Notes: generated by a model from the letters alone, not told the origin. Positions 17,831-25,197 are shown, counted from the first letter of the stretch. The stretch: 32,000 bases of DNA from Delftia acidovorans NBRC 14950 (GCF_001598795.1 NZ_BCZP01000012.1:179088-211087); one strand, 5' to 3'. Numbers and translations: made by a program.

Positions 17831-18460
17831 TCACTTGGAAAGATCAACTATGCATTTGGCGAATTGCTCAACCATCTCGTTTGACCTTTCTCGTATCAAT
17901 TGGCTCTCTCCAGCTTTAGAGTCTTTTACGGTTAGGTCAATCTCAATGTGCACATCTTGTTGACCTTTCTTCCTATTGAAGCCAAGCACAGTCTTTTGAT
18001 TTTTCATGATTCCCTCGAAAACCTGCCTCTGTGAGTCATCAAGTGCTCCGATGAACAAAGCGTAGCCTGGGGTTTCTGCCTCTGTTCTGATGATATTTTT
18101 TGGAGCAATCCCATTGGTGTCTCTCAGGAAAGCGTTTGCTGGAGCCCACGCTTTGGCACTTCCGTCCATACCATCTCTCACGCCAACCTTCAGCGCATAG
18201 CCAAAAGTATTCTGGTATGTCCTAATATAGTAGGAGCCATTTACCAATACAGGAGCGCTAGCCTTAGTAGCAAAATCACGGCCAATGGCGGCGAACTCAA
18301 AGCCACATGCACTTAACTGTCCGTCTGCCGTTTCACGATGACTTTTCACGAACAGCGTTCCAGACATGTACTCTGCAAGCTGCCTTTCTAGATCGCTTGT
18401 GGAGCACCATCCCGCCGTGGGCAGTAATGCAAGAAGAGCGAATAGATGATTTCTTGGCAT
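17831..18460 (-). CDS. Signal-peptide protein of unknown family
   Basis: 209 aa with N-terminus 'MPRNHLFALLALLPTAGWC'. It lies 36 nt upstream of the ClpP-fold gene on the same strand. Low GC. No family recognised. Confidence 0.62.
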   Translation of the reverse strand: MPRNHLFALLALLPTAGWCSTSDLERQLAEYMSGTLFVKSHRETADGQLSACGFEFAAIGRDFATKASAPVLVNGSYYIRTYQNTFGYALKVGVRDGMDGSAKAWAPANAFLRDTNGIAPKNIIRTEAETPGYALFIGALDDSQRQVFEGIMKNQKTVLGFNRKKGQQDVHIEIDLTVKDSKAGESQLIRERSNEMVEQFAKCIVDLSK

Positions 18461-18477
18461 GTCTTTCTCACATCATG

Positions 18478-18544
18478 ATCTGCATACCATAGATTGAATC
18501 TGCAATTCGTTTTCCTGTCAATCGGACATGCGCGTTTGCAGATT
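18478..18544. repeat. Inverted/direct repeats around that promoter
   Basis: AATCTGCAA (18497-18505) and its reverse complement TTGCAGATT (18536-18544) bracket the -35. A third ATCTGCA copy lies at 18478-18484. Confidence 0.6.
18493..18521 (-). promoter_or_regulatory. Candidate private promoter of the 209-aa/ClpP-fold pair
   Basis: The minus strand reads TTGACA (18521-18516), a 17-nt spacer, then TTCAAT (18498-18493), about 30 nt upstream of the ATG at 18460. Confidence 0.4.
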
Positions 18545-18614
18545 AAACTTTAGAGTTAGGCCATCAGGGTCAATACTGCTGACAAAGAAATTTCCAGGTG
18601 CACCCTATTCTCCT

Positions 18615-19277
18615 TTATTCGGGCACCCACTTCCCAATAACTACACCACAGATGGTCGCCTCGCCGTCGATTGGTGTGAGCCTGGGCTTCCAGTCCGGGT
18701 TCAAGGCGCGCAGGAACTTGCGGCCATCCTCTTCTAAGTACTGCTTGAACGTGGCTTGCTCTTGGCTCTCAAGGCGGACCACAACACGGTCGCCTGGTTG
18801 AGCCATCCGGCCCGGATCCACAAAGATGATGTCCCCAGGCTCGTAGGTAGGGCGTGCGCCGGGGTTGCTCATGCTTTCACCTTCAACGCGGAGACAAAAC
18901 GTGGTTTCTCCATGCCGCACAGGGCATGGCAGCCAGTCCTCCGCGTCACCTGGGCGAAACGTGTCCACTATCTCAGACCAATTTCCTGCTTGCACCGACG
19001 AAATCAAGGGTACAAGCTTAGGTGTGGGGCGGTCTGAAAAGTGGCCTGTCATCGGCATCATCACCTGATGTATGCGCAGTGGCTTCATGCCTGCGAGTTC
19101 CTCTGCTGTAGTGCCAAGCGCAGCAGCGATCTTGGCCCCGTGCTTCGTATCCCCGCCCTTTTCGATCTTCGCGATCGATACCTGAGAAATGCCTACGGCC
19201 TCAGCGAGTTGAGCTTGGCTCCACCCCCGCTGTTCTCTTAGCGCCTTCATGCGCTCACCAAAAGTACTCACTGACAT
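18615..19277 (-). CDS. cI-type prophage repressor (XRE HTH plus S24 LexA-like autopeptidase)
   Basis: 220 aa. The N-terminal HTH reads 'RGWSQAQLAEAVGISQVSIAKIEKG'. The C-terminal 'RVEGESMSNP...GDIIFVD...TFKQY' carries the Ser/Lys dyad pattern. Confidence 0.9.
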   Translation of the reverse strand: MSVSTFGERMKALREQRGWSQAQLAEAVGISQVSIAKIEKGGDTKHGAKIAAALGTTAEELAGMKPLRIHQVMMPMTGHFSDRPTPKLVPLISSVQAGNWSEIVDTFRPGDAEDWLPCPVRHGETTFCLRVEGESMSNPGARPTYEPGDIIFVDPGRMAQPGDRVVVRLESQEQATFKQYLEEDGRKFLRALNPDWKPRLTPIDGEATICGVVIGKWVPE

Positions 19278-19285
19278 CTAGTGAT

Positions 19286-19360
19286 CCTATAACCGCCGTT
19301 GTGGGTGGTCAAAGAGTCTTGGTTATTGACATTGAGAACCTGGGTTATAAAATGGGTTAT
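19286..19360. promoter_or_regulatory. OR-like divergent promoter/operator region
   Basis: Rightward: TTGACA (19326-19331), a 16-nt spacer, then TAAAAT (19348-19353). Leftward: TTGACC (19312-19307), a 15-nt spacer, then TATAGG (19291-19286). GGTTAT half-sites lie at 19321, 19343 and 19355, with an inverted TATAACC at 19288. Confidence 0.55.
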
Positions 19361-19619
19361 GCACGAAAAAAACCCATCTGTCCCGGCCCTTCGTGAAGCT
19401 ATTTCCCTTGCCGGCTCTCAAGCAGCGCTGGGCCGGCTCATGGGGCACTCGCAGGTACTTGTTCACAAGTGGCTCAACAGCTCCAAGCCTTTGGGCGAAA
19501 AGCACTGTGCGAAGCTGGAAAAGCTCCTGGGCATCCATCGTTCGCGATCACGCCCTGATGACTGGCAGGAAATCTGGCCAGAACTCGTGCAGTCCACTGA
19601 CGAAGCTGCGGAAGCATGA
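19359..19619 (+). CDS. Cro/YdaS-type small HTH regulator
   Basis: The first in-frame ATG (19359) gives 86 aa. 'AISLAGSQAALGRLMGHSQVLVHKWL' is a Cro/YdaS-like HTH. The gene is divergent from cI. Confidence 0.7.
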   Translation: MHEKNPSVPALREAISLAGSQAALGRLMGHSQVLVHKWLNSSKPLGEKHCAKLEKLLGIHRSRSRPDDWQEIWPELVQSTDEAAEA

Positions 19620-19622
19620 CTC

Positions 19623-19949
19623 ATGCCGCCGCGTCAGGACATCCTCCGCCCGCCGCGCGCTGTCTCCAGCTCGCGCTCCACGCACATCACGACCCGGCTC
19701 GCCCGGCAGCGGATGTGCAGCTCTCCCGCCATCCATGACAACTCCAGCTGGCTGGTGGTCAACGTCTGCTCCCGCGCGCTGGTGTCGGGGTTCACGTTGG
19801 TGCTGACGCTAGTCCTTGTGCTGGCGTGGAAGGGCTGTGTTTTGAGGTTCATGGCGGCTCCCTTTGGTGTGGTGTTTGTTTGCATTGCCGCGATGTTCGG
19901 CGTTCCCTTCTTCCCCGTCCACGTCCAATTTTTCAGGAGCCGGATATGA
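19623..19949 (+). CDS. Uncertain ORF (possible small membrane protein)
   Basis: 108 aa with a hydrophobic C-half. Its stop forms an ATGA overlap with the cII-like start. However, the N-half looks like antisense junk, and the frame shares third-codon positions with the minus-strand ORF. Confidence 0.25.
   Translation: MPPRQDILRPPRAVSSSRSTHITTRLARQRMCSSPAIHDNSSWLVVNVCSRALVSGFTLVLTLVLVLAWKGCVLRFMAAPFGVVFVCIAAMFGVPFFPVHVQFFRSRI
19634..19852 (-). CDS. Uncertain antisense small ORF
   Basis: 72 aa, with AAGGGAG 5 nt upstream of the ATG at 19852 and a hydrophilic sequence. It is mutually exclusive with, or overlaps, 19623..19949(+). Confidence 0.25.
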   Translation of the reverse strand: MNLKTQPFHASTRTSVSTNVNPDTSAREQTLTTSQLELSWMAGELHIRCRASRVVMCVERELETARGGRRMS

Positions 19950-20443
19950 GCGCTCTCGATGCGCTGCGCCGCGGCGTTGATCACTTCCCGGGTGGCCGCG
20001 CTGTCGTGGCTGTTCGTCTCGGCAAGACGGACGAGGTTCTGCGCAAGGAGCTGTCTGGCGCTTCGTCGCACAAGCTCGGCGCTGTCGATGCGCTGGCCAT
20101 CACCAGCCTGCTGCGCGAGGCAGCCATGCCCCACTGCTACGACTACGCGGCCTATGTCGCGGGCGAGGCTGGGGGGCGCTTTGAGCTGATGGAGGCTTGC
20201 CGCGTGGTGGTGGCGAGCCCCGTGGACAAGGTGTCAAAGCTGGTGCTGGAGACCTCGCACATCACCAGCGCGGTGATCGAGGCCATGCAAGACGGCGTGA
20301 TCTCAGACAACGAGCTGGCGCAGATCGAGCGCGAGATCGCCGAGGCCGAGGAGGTGCTTCGCAAGCTGCGCCAGGCCGCGCGTGCCGTCAACGCCGCAGG
20401 CAAACCCCGTGAGATGAACGAAGCGCAGGGCGCGAAGGAGTAG
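19946..20443 (+). CDS. cII/CP76/YmfL-type phage regulatory protein (tentative)
   Basis: The ATG at 19946 follows CAGGAG and gives 165 aa. Position and layout ('..LGKTDEVLRKELSG...HKLGAVDALAIT', C-terminal coiled coil) resemble CII-like regulators. Confidence 0.5.
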   Translation: MSALDALRRGVDHFPGGRAVVAVRLGKTDEVLRKELSGASSHKLGAVDALAITSLLREAAMPHCYDYAAYVAGEAGGRFELMEACRVVVASPVDKVSKLVLETSHITSAVIEAMQDGVISDNELAQIEREIAEAEEVLRKLRQAARAVNAAGKPREMNEAQGAKE

Positions 20444-20445
20444 GT

Positions 20446-21423
20446 ATGGCCGGGGACTGGATCAAGATGCGGACTGACCTCTACCGAGACCCCAAGGTCT
20501 CGCTCATTGCTGATGCGCTGATGGCTCCTGGCAGCGAGCTTTCGCGTTACGTCACGAACAACTGCCAGCGTGAAATGACCGTCACCCGTAACGTTATGCG
20601 TAACGTCACGGTCGGAGCGCTGGTGTCTGTTTGGGGTGTGATGCGACAGCGTGGAAAGCGTAACGGTGACGATTTGGTGTGTCACGGCGTGACGCTGATG
20701 GTGCTCGATGACATCGCTGATCTGCCTGGATTTGGTGCTGCACTCGCGCTTTCGGGCTGGGTTTTGCAGACCTCTGAGGGCCTTGAGTTCCCCCGATTTT
20801 TCGACGAATACAACGTCTCCCCAGAGGAGAAAACCCGCTCACAGGGTGCTGAACGCCAGCGCCGTTACAGGGAGCGCCAAGGGCAAAAAAGTGACGGCCA
20901 AAGTGACGGTTTTAGCGGCGTCACGGGTGACGTAACGGATAACGTCACTGTGACGCCTAGAGAAGAGAAGAATAGAGAAGAGAAAGAGAATACCCCCCAA
21001 TCCCCCACCGGGGGCCGGCAGCGTCGTCGCAATGCTGCCGAGGAGCCTGACGGCTTTGTCGAGTTCTGGTCGGCATACCCCCGAAAGGTCGGCAAGGACG
21101 CTGCTCGCAAGGCTTTCGCCAAGCGCCGGCCAGACGCAGCGCTGTTGGCGAAGATGCTGGCGGCCATCACGATCCAGGCAAGGTCAACGCAGTGGCTGCG
21201 TGACGATGGCCAGTTCATTCCGCACCCCTCGACGTGGCTCAACGCGGGTCGTTGGGACGACGAAGAGGGCGTGGGGCAAGCGGGGCAGGGCGACAGCGAG
21301 AGCCGTCCCCGCTGGGCTCTGCAGGCCGGTTTCGAGAACCGCTGGGAGGCGGAAAACGCGGGTTGTCGTGAGCACAACGCCCACCAATTCCGCGATGGCC
21401 AGCGCGCGGAGGTGACCGCTTGA
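20446..21423 (+). CDS. Phage replication initiator/replisome-organizer-like protein
   Basis: 325 aa. The N-terminus is 'MAGDWIKMRTDLYRDPKV'. The C-terminal motif 'FWSAYPRKVGKDAARKAF...FIPHPSTWLNAGRWDDE' is common in phage replication proteins. The gene precedes the primase-helicase and contains iterons. Confidence 0.62.
   Translation: MAGDWIKMRTDLYRDPKVSLIADALMAPGSELSRYVTNNCQREMTVTRNVMRNVTVGALVSVWGVMRQRGKRNGDDLVCHGVTLMVLDDIADLPGFGAALALSGWVLQTSEGLEFPRFFDEYNVSPEEKTRSQGAERQRRYRERQGQKSDGQSDGFSGVTGDVTDNVTVTPREEKNREEKENTPQSPTGGRQRRRNAAEEPDGFVEFWSAYPRKVGKDAARKAFAKRRPDAALLAKMLAAITIQARSTQWLRDDGQFIPHPSTWLNAGRWDDEEGVGQAGQGDSESRPRWALQAGFENRWEAENAGCREHNAHQFRDGQRAEVTA
20545..20955. repeat. Iteron clusters (candidate phage origin) inside the replication gene
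   Basis: There are at least 12 GT(C/G)AC(G/C/T) cores and 6 (G/A)TAACG/CGTTAC cores, in two clusters (20545-20694 and 20891-20955). CGTTACGTCAC (20545-20555) is the exact reverse complement of 20927-20937. GTAACGTCACG is at 20600-20610. Confidence 0.6.
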
Positions 21424-23219
21424 ACGCCGCCGAACTCAGCCAGCGCATGGCCTCTGACGCCGCGGCGATTGCGCAGTACCTGCTGCCCAACGGCAAGCGC
21501 AAGGCCGGCGAGTGGGTGGCTGGCAGCATCAACGGCGAGGAGGGCCAGTCGCTTTCCGTCCGCCTGACGGGCGCCAAGGCCGGCGTGTGGAAGGACTTCG
21601 CATCGGGTGAGGCAGGCGATCTGCTGGACCTGTGGGCCGCCTGCCGCAGCCAGTCCATCGGCGAAGCCATCCGCGAGGCGAAGCAGTACCTGGGCATCCG
21701 CGACGTGATGCCCGAGCGCGAGAAGAAGACCTTCAAGCGCCCGGCAAAGCCGCAGTGCCAGCCCGCCAAGGCCGGCGTGAAGGAGTGGCTCAATGGCCGT
21801 GGCATCACCGACGAGACCATTGCTGCCTTCCGGGTGGCCGAGCAGATCCGCGGCGGCAAGACCTACGCCGTGTTCCCGTACCTGCGCAACGGTGAGTTGG
21901 TCAACGTGAAGTACCGCAACATTGCGGAGAAGCGCGACATGCGGCAGGAGGGCGGGGCAGAGCCTTGCCTTTTCGGCTGGCACCTGATCGACCCCAAGGC
22001 CCGCACCGTGGCGATTACGGAAGGCGAGATCGATGCCATGACGCTGCACCAGGTTGGGATCCCCGCGCTGTCGGTCAATGCTGGCGCTGGCAATCACCAA
22101 TGGCTGGAGAACGACTGGGAGCGACTGGACTGCTTCAGCGAGATCCTGATCTTTTTCGACAGCGACGAGGCTGGCAAGGCCGGGGCGCAGGAGATCGTTC
22201 GCCGCCTGGGGCTGGAGCGCTGCAAGCTGGTCACGCTGCCCGAGAAGGACGCGAACGAGTTCCTGCAGAAGGGCGCTTGCGGCGAGGACTTCTGGCACGC
22301 CACCAAGGAAGCCAAGACCCTGGACCCCGAGGAGATGCGCCAAGCCAGCGACTTCATCAACCGCGTGAAGTCCATGTTCTATCCGGCCCACGATGACGAG
22401 GGCGACCCGGTGCTGCGCCTGGACAAGGATCTGGACTGGTTCGAGTTCCGCTCCGGCGAGGTCACCGTCTGGACTGGCTACAACGGCCATGGCAAGAGCC
22501 TGATGCTGTCTCAGGTGCTGCTGGGGCTGATGCAGCAGGGCGACCGCGTGATGGTTTTCTCCGGAGAGATGACACCCGAACGCCAGCTCAAGCGCACCGT
22601 CAAGCAGGCGGCGGGCCTGGACCGTCCGAGCATGGCTTACATCGATGCCATTGGGGCCTGGCTGCACGACAAGCAATGGTTCTTCAACGTGGTGGGTAGC
22701 GCAGGCATCGACCGTCTCCTGGCCGTGTTCCTGTACGGCTCCAAGCGTTACGGCATGCGTCACTTCGTGATCGACAGCTTGATGATGACGGACGTGCCCG
22801 AAGACGGCCCAGGCAGCATGACCGCCCAAAAGGAAGCCGTCCGCAAGATCTGCGACTTCGCGCGCCGCAATGGCGTGCATGTCCACCTGGTCGCCCACCC
22901 GCGCAAGGGTGCTGACGAGTCCAAGGGCCCTGGAAAGCTGGATGTTGCCGGGTCTTCCAAGATCACCGACGGAGCTGACAACGTGTTCACGGTATGGAGC
23001 GCGCGCAAGGACGAGAACGACGCCGGCCACGACCCCGACAAGCCCGACGCCAAGCTGGAACTGCAGAAGCAGCGCAACGGCGACGTGCAGCACTACAGCC
23101 AATACCTCTGGTTCAACAAGGCCGCCCAGCAGTTCGCCACGAACAGCCGGCGTCGCGCCATCAACTACGTCCCTTTCTCAACCCAGGAGCCAAAAGATGA
23201 ATTCGCTGACCAACCCTGA
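21420..23219 (+). CDS. Bifunctional Toprim primase / DnaB-family (T7 gp4/Twinkle-like) helicase
   Basis: 599 aa. The TTG start has GGAGGTG upstream. It has Toprim 'AITEGEIDAM...FFDSDEAG', Walker A 'GYNGHGKS' and Walker B 'HFVIDSLMM'. Confidence 0.88.
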   Translation: MNAAELSQRMASDAAAIAQYLLPNGKRKAGEWVAGSINGEEGQSLSVRLTGAKAGVWKDFASGEAGDLLDLWAACRSQSIGEAIREAKQYLGIRDVMPEREKKTFKRPAKPQCQPAKAGVKEWLNGRGITDETIAAFRVAEQIRGGKTYAVFPYLRNGELVNVKYRNIAEKRDMRQEGGAEPCLFGWHLIDPKARTVAITEGEIDAMTLHQVGIPALSVNAGAGNHQWLENDWERLDCFSEILIFFDSDEAGKAGAQEIVRRLGLERCKLVTLPEKDANEFLQKGACGEDFWHATKEAKTLDPEEMRQASDFINRVKSMFYPAHDDEGDPVLRLDKDLDWFEFRSGEVTVWTGYNGHGKSLMLSQVLLGLMQQGDRVMVFSGEMTPERQLKRTVKQAAGLDRPSMAYIDAIGAWLHDKQWFFNVVGSAGIDRLLAVFLYGSKRYGMRHFVIDSLMMTDVPEDGPGSMTAQKEAVRKICDFARRNGVHVHLVAHPRKGADESKGPGKLDVAGSSKITDGADNVFTVWSARKDENDAGHDPDKPDAKLELQKQRNGDVQHYSQYLWFNKAAQQFATNSRRRAINYVPFSTQEPKDEFADQP

Positions 23220-23454
23220 TCGCGCTGTCCCGAACCTTGCGGCTGGCCATGTCCTGCTGTGGAGCCAGAGCCAGTGCGCGCTGCATATCGAGCCCCTCAT
23301 GGACATGCTGACCAAAAACCGCAGGGCGTGCGCAGCTGACCATTGCATGGACTACGTGCCTCTGACCATCGGCACACGCGAGGAGTGCGACGCCGCAGCA
23401 AGTCGGCTCCGGCCAGTCCTCAACGAACGCCGCAGCGGCACCCCATCCCATTGA
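23197..23454 (+). CDS. Hypothetical small protein
   Basis: The ATG at 23197 follows CAGGAG and gives 85 aa. It overlaps the primase-helicase 3' end by 23 nt. Confidence 0.42.
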   Translation: MNSLTNPDRAVPNLAAGHVLLWSQSQCALHIEPLMDMLTKNRRACAADHCMDYVPLTIGTREECDAAASRLRPVLNERRSGTPSH

Positions 23455-23467
23455 TCCAGAAGACCGT

Positions 23468-24142
23468 ATGACAACAGAAGCACCAACCACACTCGCCGCT
23501 GAGCGGCCCAATGTCATCGAGCGCCTGACGAGCGCGAGCACCAGCAGCGATCTTTCCGTGGACCTGGAGAAACGCGGCGACGCGGACTACCTGATCGCCG
23601 CTGGCATCCAGCGCGCAGGCCTGGGCCGGCTGGTCCAGCAGCTGATCTGCGAATGGGACCGCCGCGAGAAGCCGCGCCCGCTGACCGAGGAGCAGTTGCA
23701 GCGCGTGGCCGAGCAGCTGCCCCGCAAGAGCCGGGGGCGTCTCGACATGGTGGGAGCCCGCGTGGCCGAAGGCCGGTGGCACATGGAGCGCCGCATGCAG
23801 ATCCTGACCAGCCTGCCGCAGTACGCCCGCCTGGTGGACGCGCACGCCGGGTTCCTGCCCTGGGTGCTGGCGCAGGGCATCAAGAATGCCCGCGCCAAGC
23901 TGACCGACGTGCTGCTGTGGTGGTGCGACCGCAAGTGCCCAGGCTGCGGAGGCGTCAAGCTGGGCGAGATAGCGATCTGCGAGACCTGCAAGGGCTTCGG
24001 CGACCGTGAGGTGCCGCACGAAGCCGAGGGCCAGCTGATCTCCGAGCACATCGCCACCCATGTGGACCGCGCACGCTCGGGCACCATCGCCGCGCTCAAG
24101 CGCATGAAGGGGCTGAAGGTGGTTGCAGCCGGGAAAGGGTGA
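23468..24142 (+). CDS. Zinc-ribbon protein, candidate Q-type late antiterminator
   Basis: 224 aa. The C-terminal region 'CDRKCPGCGG...ICETCKGFG' carries two CxxC pairs. It is the last gene before a promoter-plus-terminator cassette and the late genes. The function is inferred from position only. Confidence 0.55.
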   Translation: MTTEAPTTLAAERPNVIERLTSASTSSDLSVDLEKRGDADYLIAAGIQRAGLGRLVQQLICEWDRREKPRPLTEEQLQRVAEQLPRKSRGRLDMVGARVAEGRWHMERRMQILTSLPQYARLVDAHAGFLPWVLAQGIKNARAKLTDVLLWWCDRKCPGCGGVKLGEIAICETCKGFGDREVPHEAEGQLISEHIATHVDRARSGTIAALKRMKGLKVVAAGKG

Positions 24143-24150
24143 TGTATACT
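24123..24150 (+). promoter_or_regulatory. Candidate late (PR'-like) promoter
   Basis: TTGCAG (24123-24128), a 16-nt spacer, then TATACT (24145-24150). It overlaps the stop codon of the zinc-ribbon gene. Confidence 0.4.
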
Positions 24151-24258
24151 GCGTGCCTAGAGCGCAGGCGCAAGTAAACCGCCTTCCTCCCATCGGCAAC
24201 GTCCCCAGGCGGTGAGTCTGGCAAGACATGAAAGCGATGGAAGGTCGCGCTCAGATGA

Positions 24259-24296
24259 AAAGCCCGCCAGCTCTGAAGCCTGCGGGCTTTCTTTTT
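24259..24296 (+). terminator. Intrinsic terminator (tR'-like)
   Basis: AAAGCCCGC (24259-24267) pairs with GCGGGCTTT (24282-24290), followed by CTTTTT. It lies about 110 nt downstream of the candidate late promoter. Confidence 0.6.
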
Positions 24297-24443
24297 GGCG
24301 AGAAATGCTCCGACAGGGCCGCGCTGTCCAACCCACATCCGAACGCTGCTCCGGCTGTCATGCCGGAAGAGATGAGCTGATTAACCTAGGTTCCGGTGCT
24401 GCAAAGCAACCGTTTCAAAGCTCAACTCCCAAAGGACGTTTGT

Positions 24444-24623
24444 ATGAACAAGGATCAAGTTAAGGGTGCGGTCAAGGATGCTGCTGGCAAGGTTCAGCAA
24501 AAGGCCGGCGAGCTGATTGACAGCCCTGAGCAACAAGCCAAGGGCGTGGCCAAGCAGGTCGAGGGCAAGGCCCAGAAGAAAGCTGGCGACGTGAAGGAAG
24601 CGATCAAAGACGCGAGCAAGTGA
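24444..24623 (+). CDS. CsbD-family stress-response protein
   Basis: 59 aa. 'MNKDQVKGAVKDAAGKVQQKAGELI...AKGVAKQVEGKAQKKAGDVKEAIKD' is the classic CsbD repeat pattern. Confidence 0.8.
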   Translation: MNKDQVKGAVKDAAGKVQQKAGELIDSPEQQAKGVAKQVEGKAQKKAGDVKEAIKDASK

Positions 24624-24641
24624 TCATCGTCAGGCTGAACA

Positions 24642-24680
24642 AAAGCCCGCTCGGTTCGCCAGCGGGCTTTACTCTTTGTG
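24642..24680 (+). terminator. Intrinsic terminator
   Basis: A 10-bp stem, AAAGCCCGCT paired with AGCGGGCTTT, has a 9-nt loop and a T-rich tail. Confidence 0.6.
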
Positions 24681-24783
24681 GGCTTCCATCTCGCGATGCC
24701 GGTCTGTGGCTTTGTTGTGCCAATCGCGGTCGCTCCCTAAGATGCCGAATCTCAAATACCAGCGCGTCTGAAGGGATCCCGGC

Positions 24784-25197
24784 ATGTACCTGATCGCAGC
24801 CCTAGGCTTCGTGCTCCTGCATTTGCTGGTAGCCGTAGCGATATGGATCCCATTGATGGCGATTCATATTGGGACAAAGTGGATTGGGGAGATGAACGCA
24901 GACCAGATCATTCTGCGCATCGGCTCCTTTTCGCTCGCCATAAATGCGCTCTGCATCTGGATGTGGCTGATCGCTACGCAGTTCGAGGGGAAGGTCCCGA
25001 CGCTTGTCTTGTCTCCGTTCATTTACTGGTTTGTCGGGTGCTTTTTTGTCTTGAGGCGGCTTGCCCGACAAACGAGGCTGCCCAGGTTCGGCGCTACCAA
25101 GACTGGCTGCGTGCTCATGGGCACCCTGGCGCTCGTCTGGGTGATCTGGAAGATTATTTTCATCTGGGCCAAGAGCGGTGGGTTCCAGTCGATGTGA
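24784..25197 (+). CDS. Multi-pass small membrane protein
   Basis: 137 aa with about 4 hydrophobic helices (e.g. 'LIAALGFVLLHLLVAVAIWIPLMAI'). AAGGGA lies upstream. GC is lower. No family recognised. Confidence 0.58.
   Translation: MYLIAALGFVLLHLLVAVAIWIPLMAIHIGTKWIGEMNADQIILRIGSFSLAINALCIWMWLIATQFEGKVPTLVLSPFIYWFVGCFFVLRRLARQTRLPRFGATKTGCVLMGTLALVWVIWKIIFIWAKSGGFQSM

Noticed and set aside
20865-23102. A 745-aa minus-strand ORF, the longest in the window.
   Set aside because: It is exactly antisense to the primase-helicase and replication genes, which carry clear Toprim and Walker motifs. Its own sequence is Ala/Gly/Val/Leu/His-rich and low-complexity with no motifs. Such ORFs are a common artefact in high-GC DNA.
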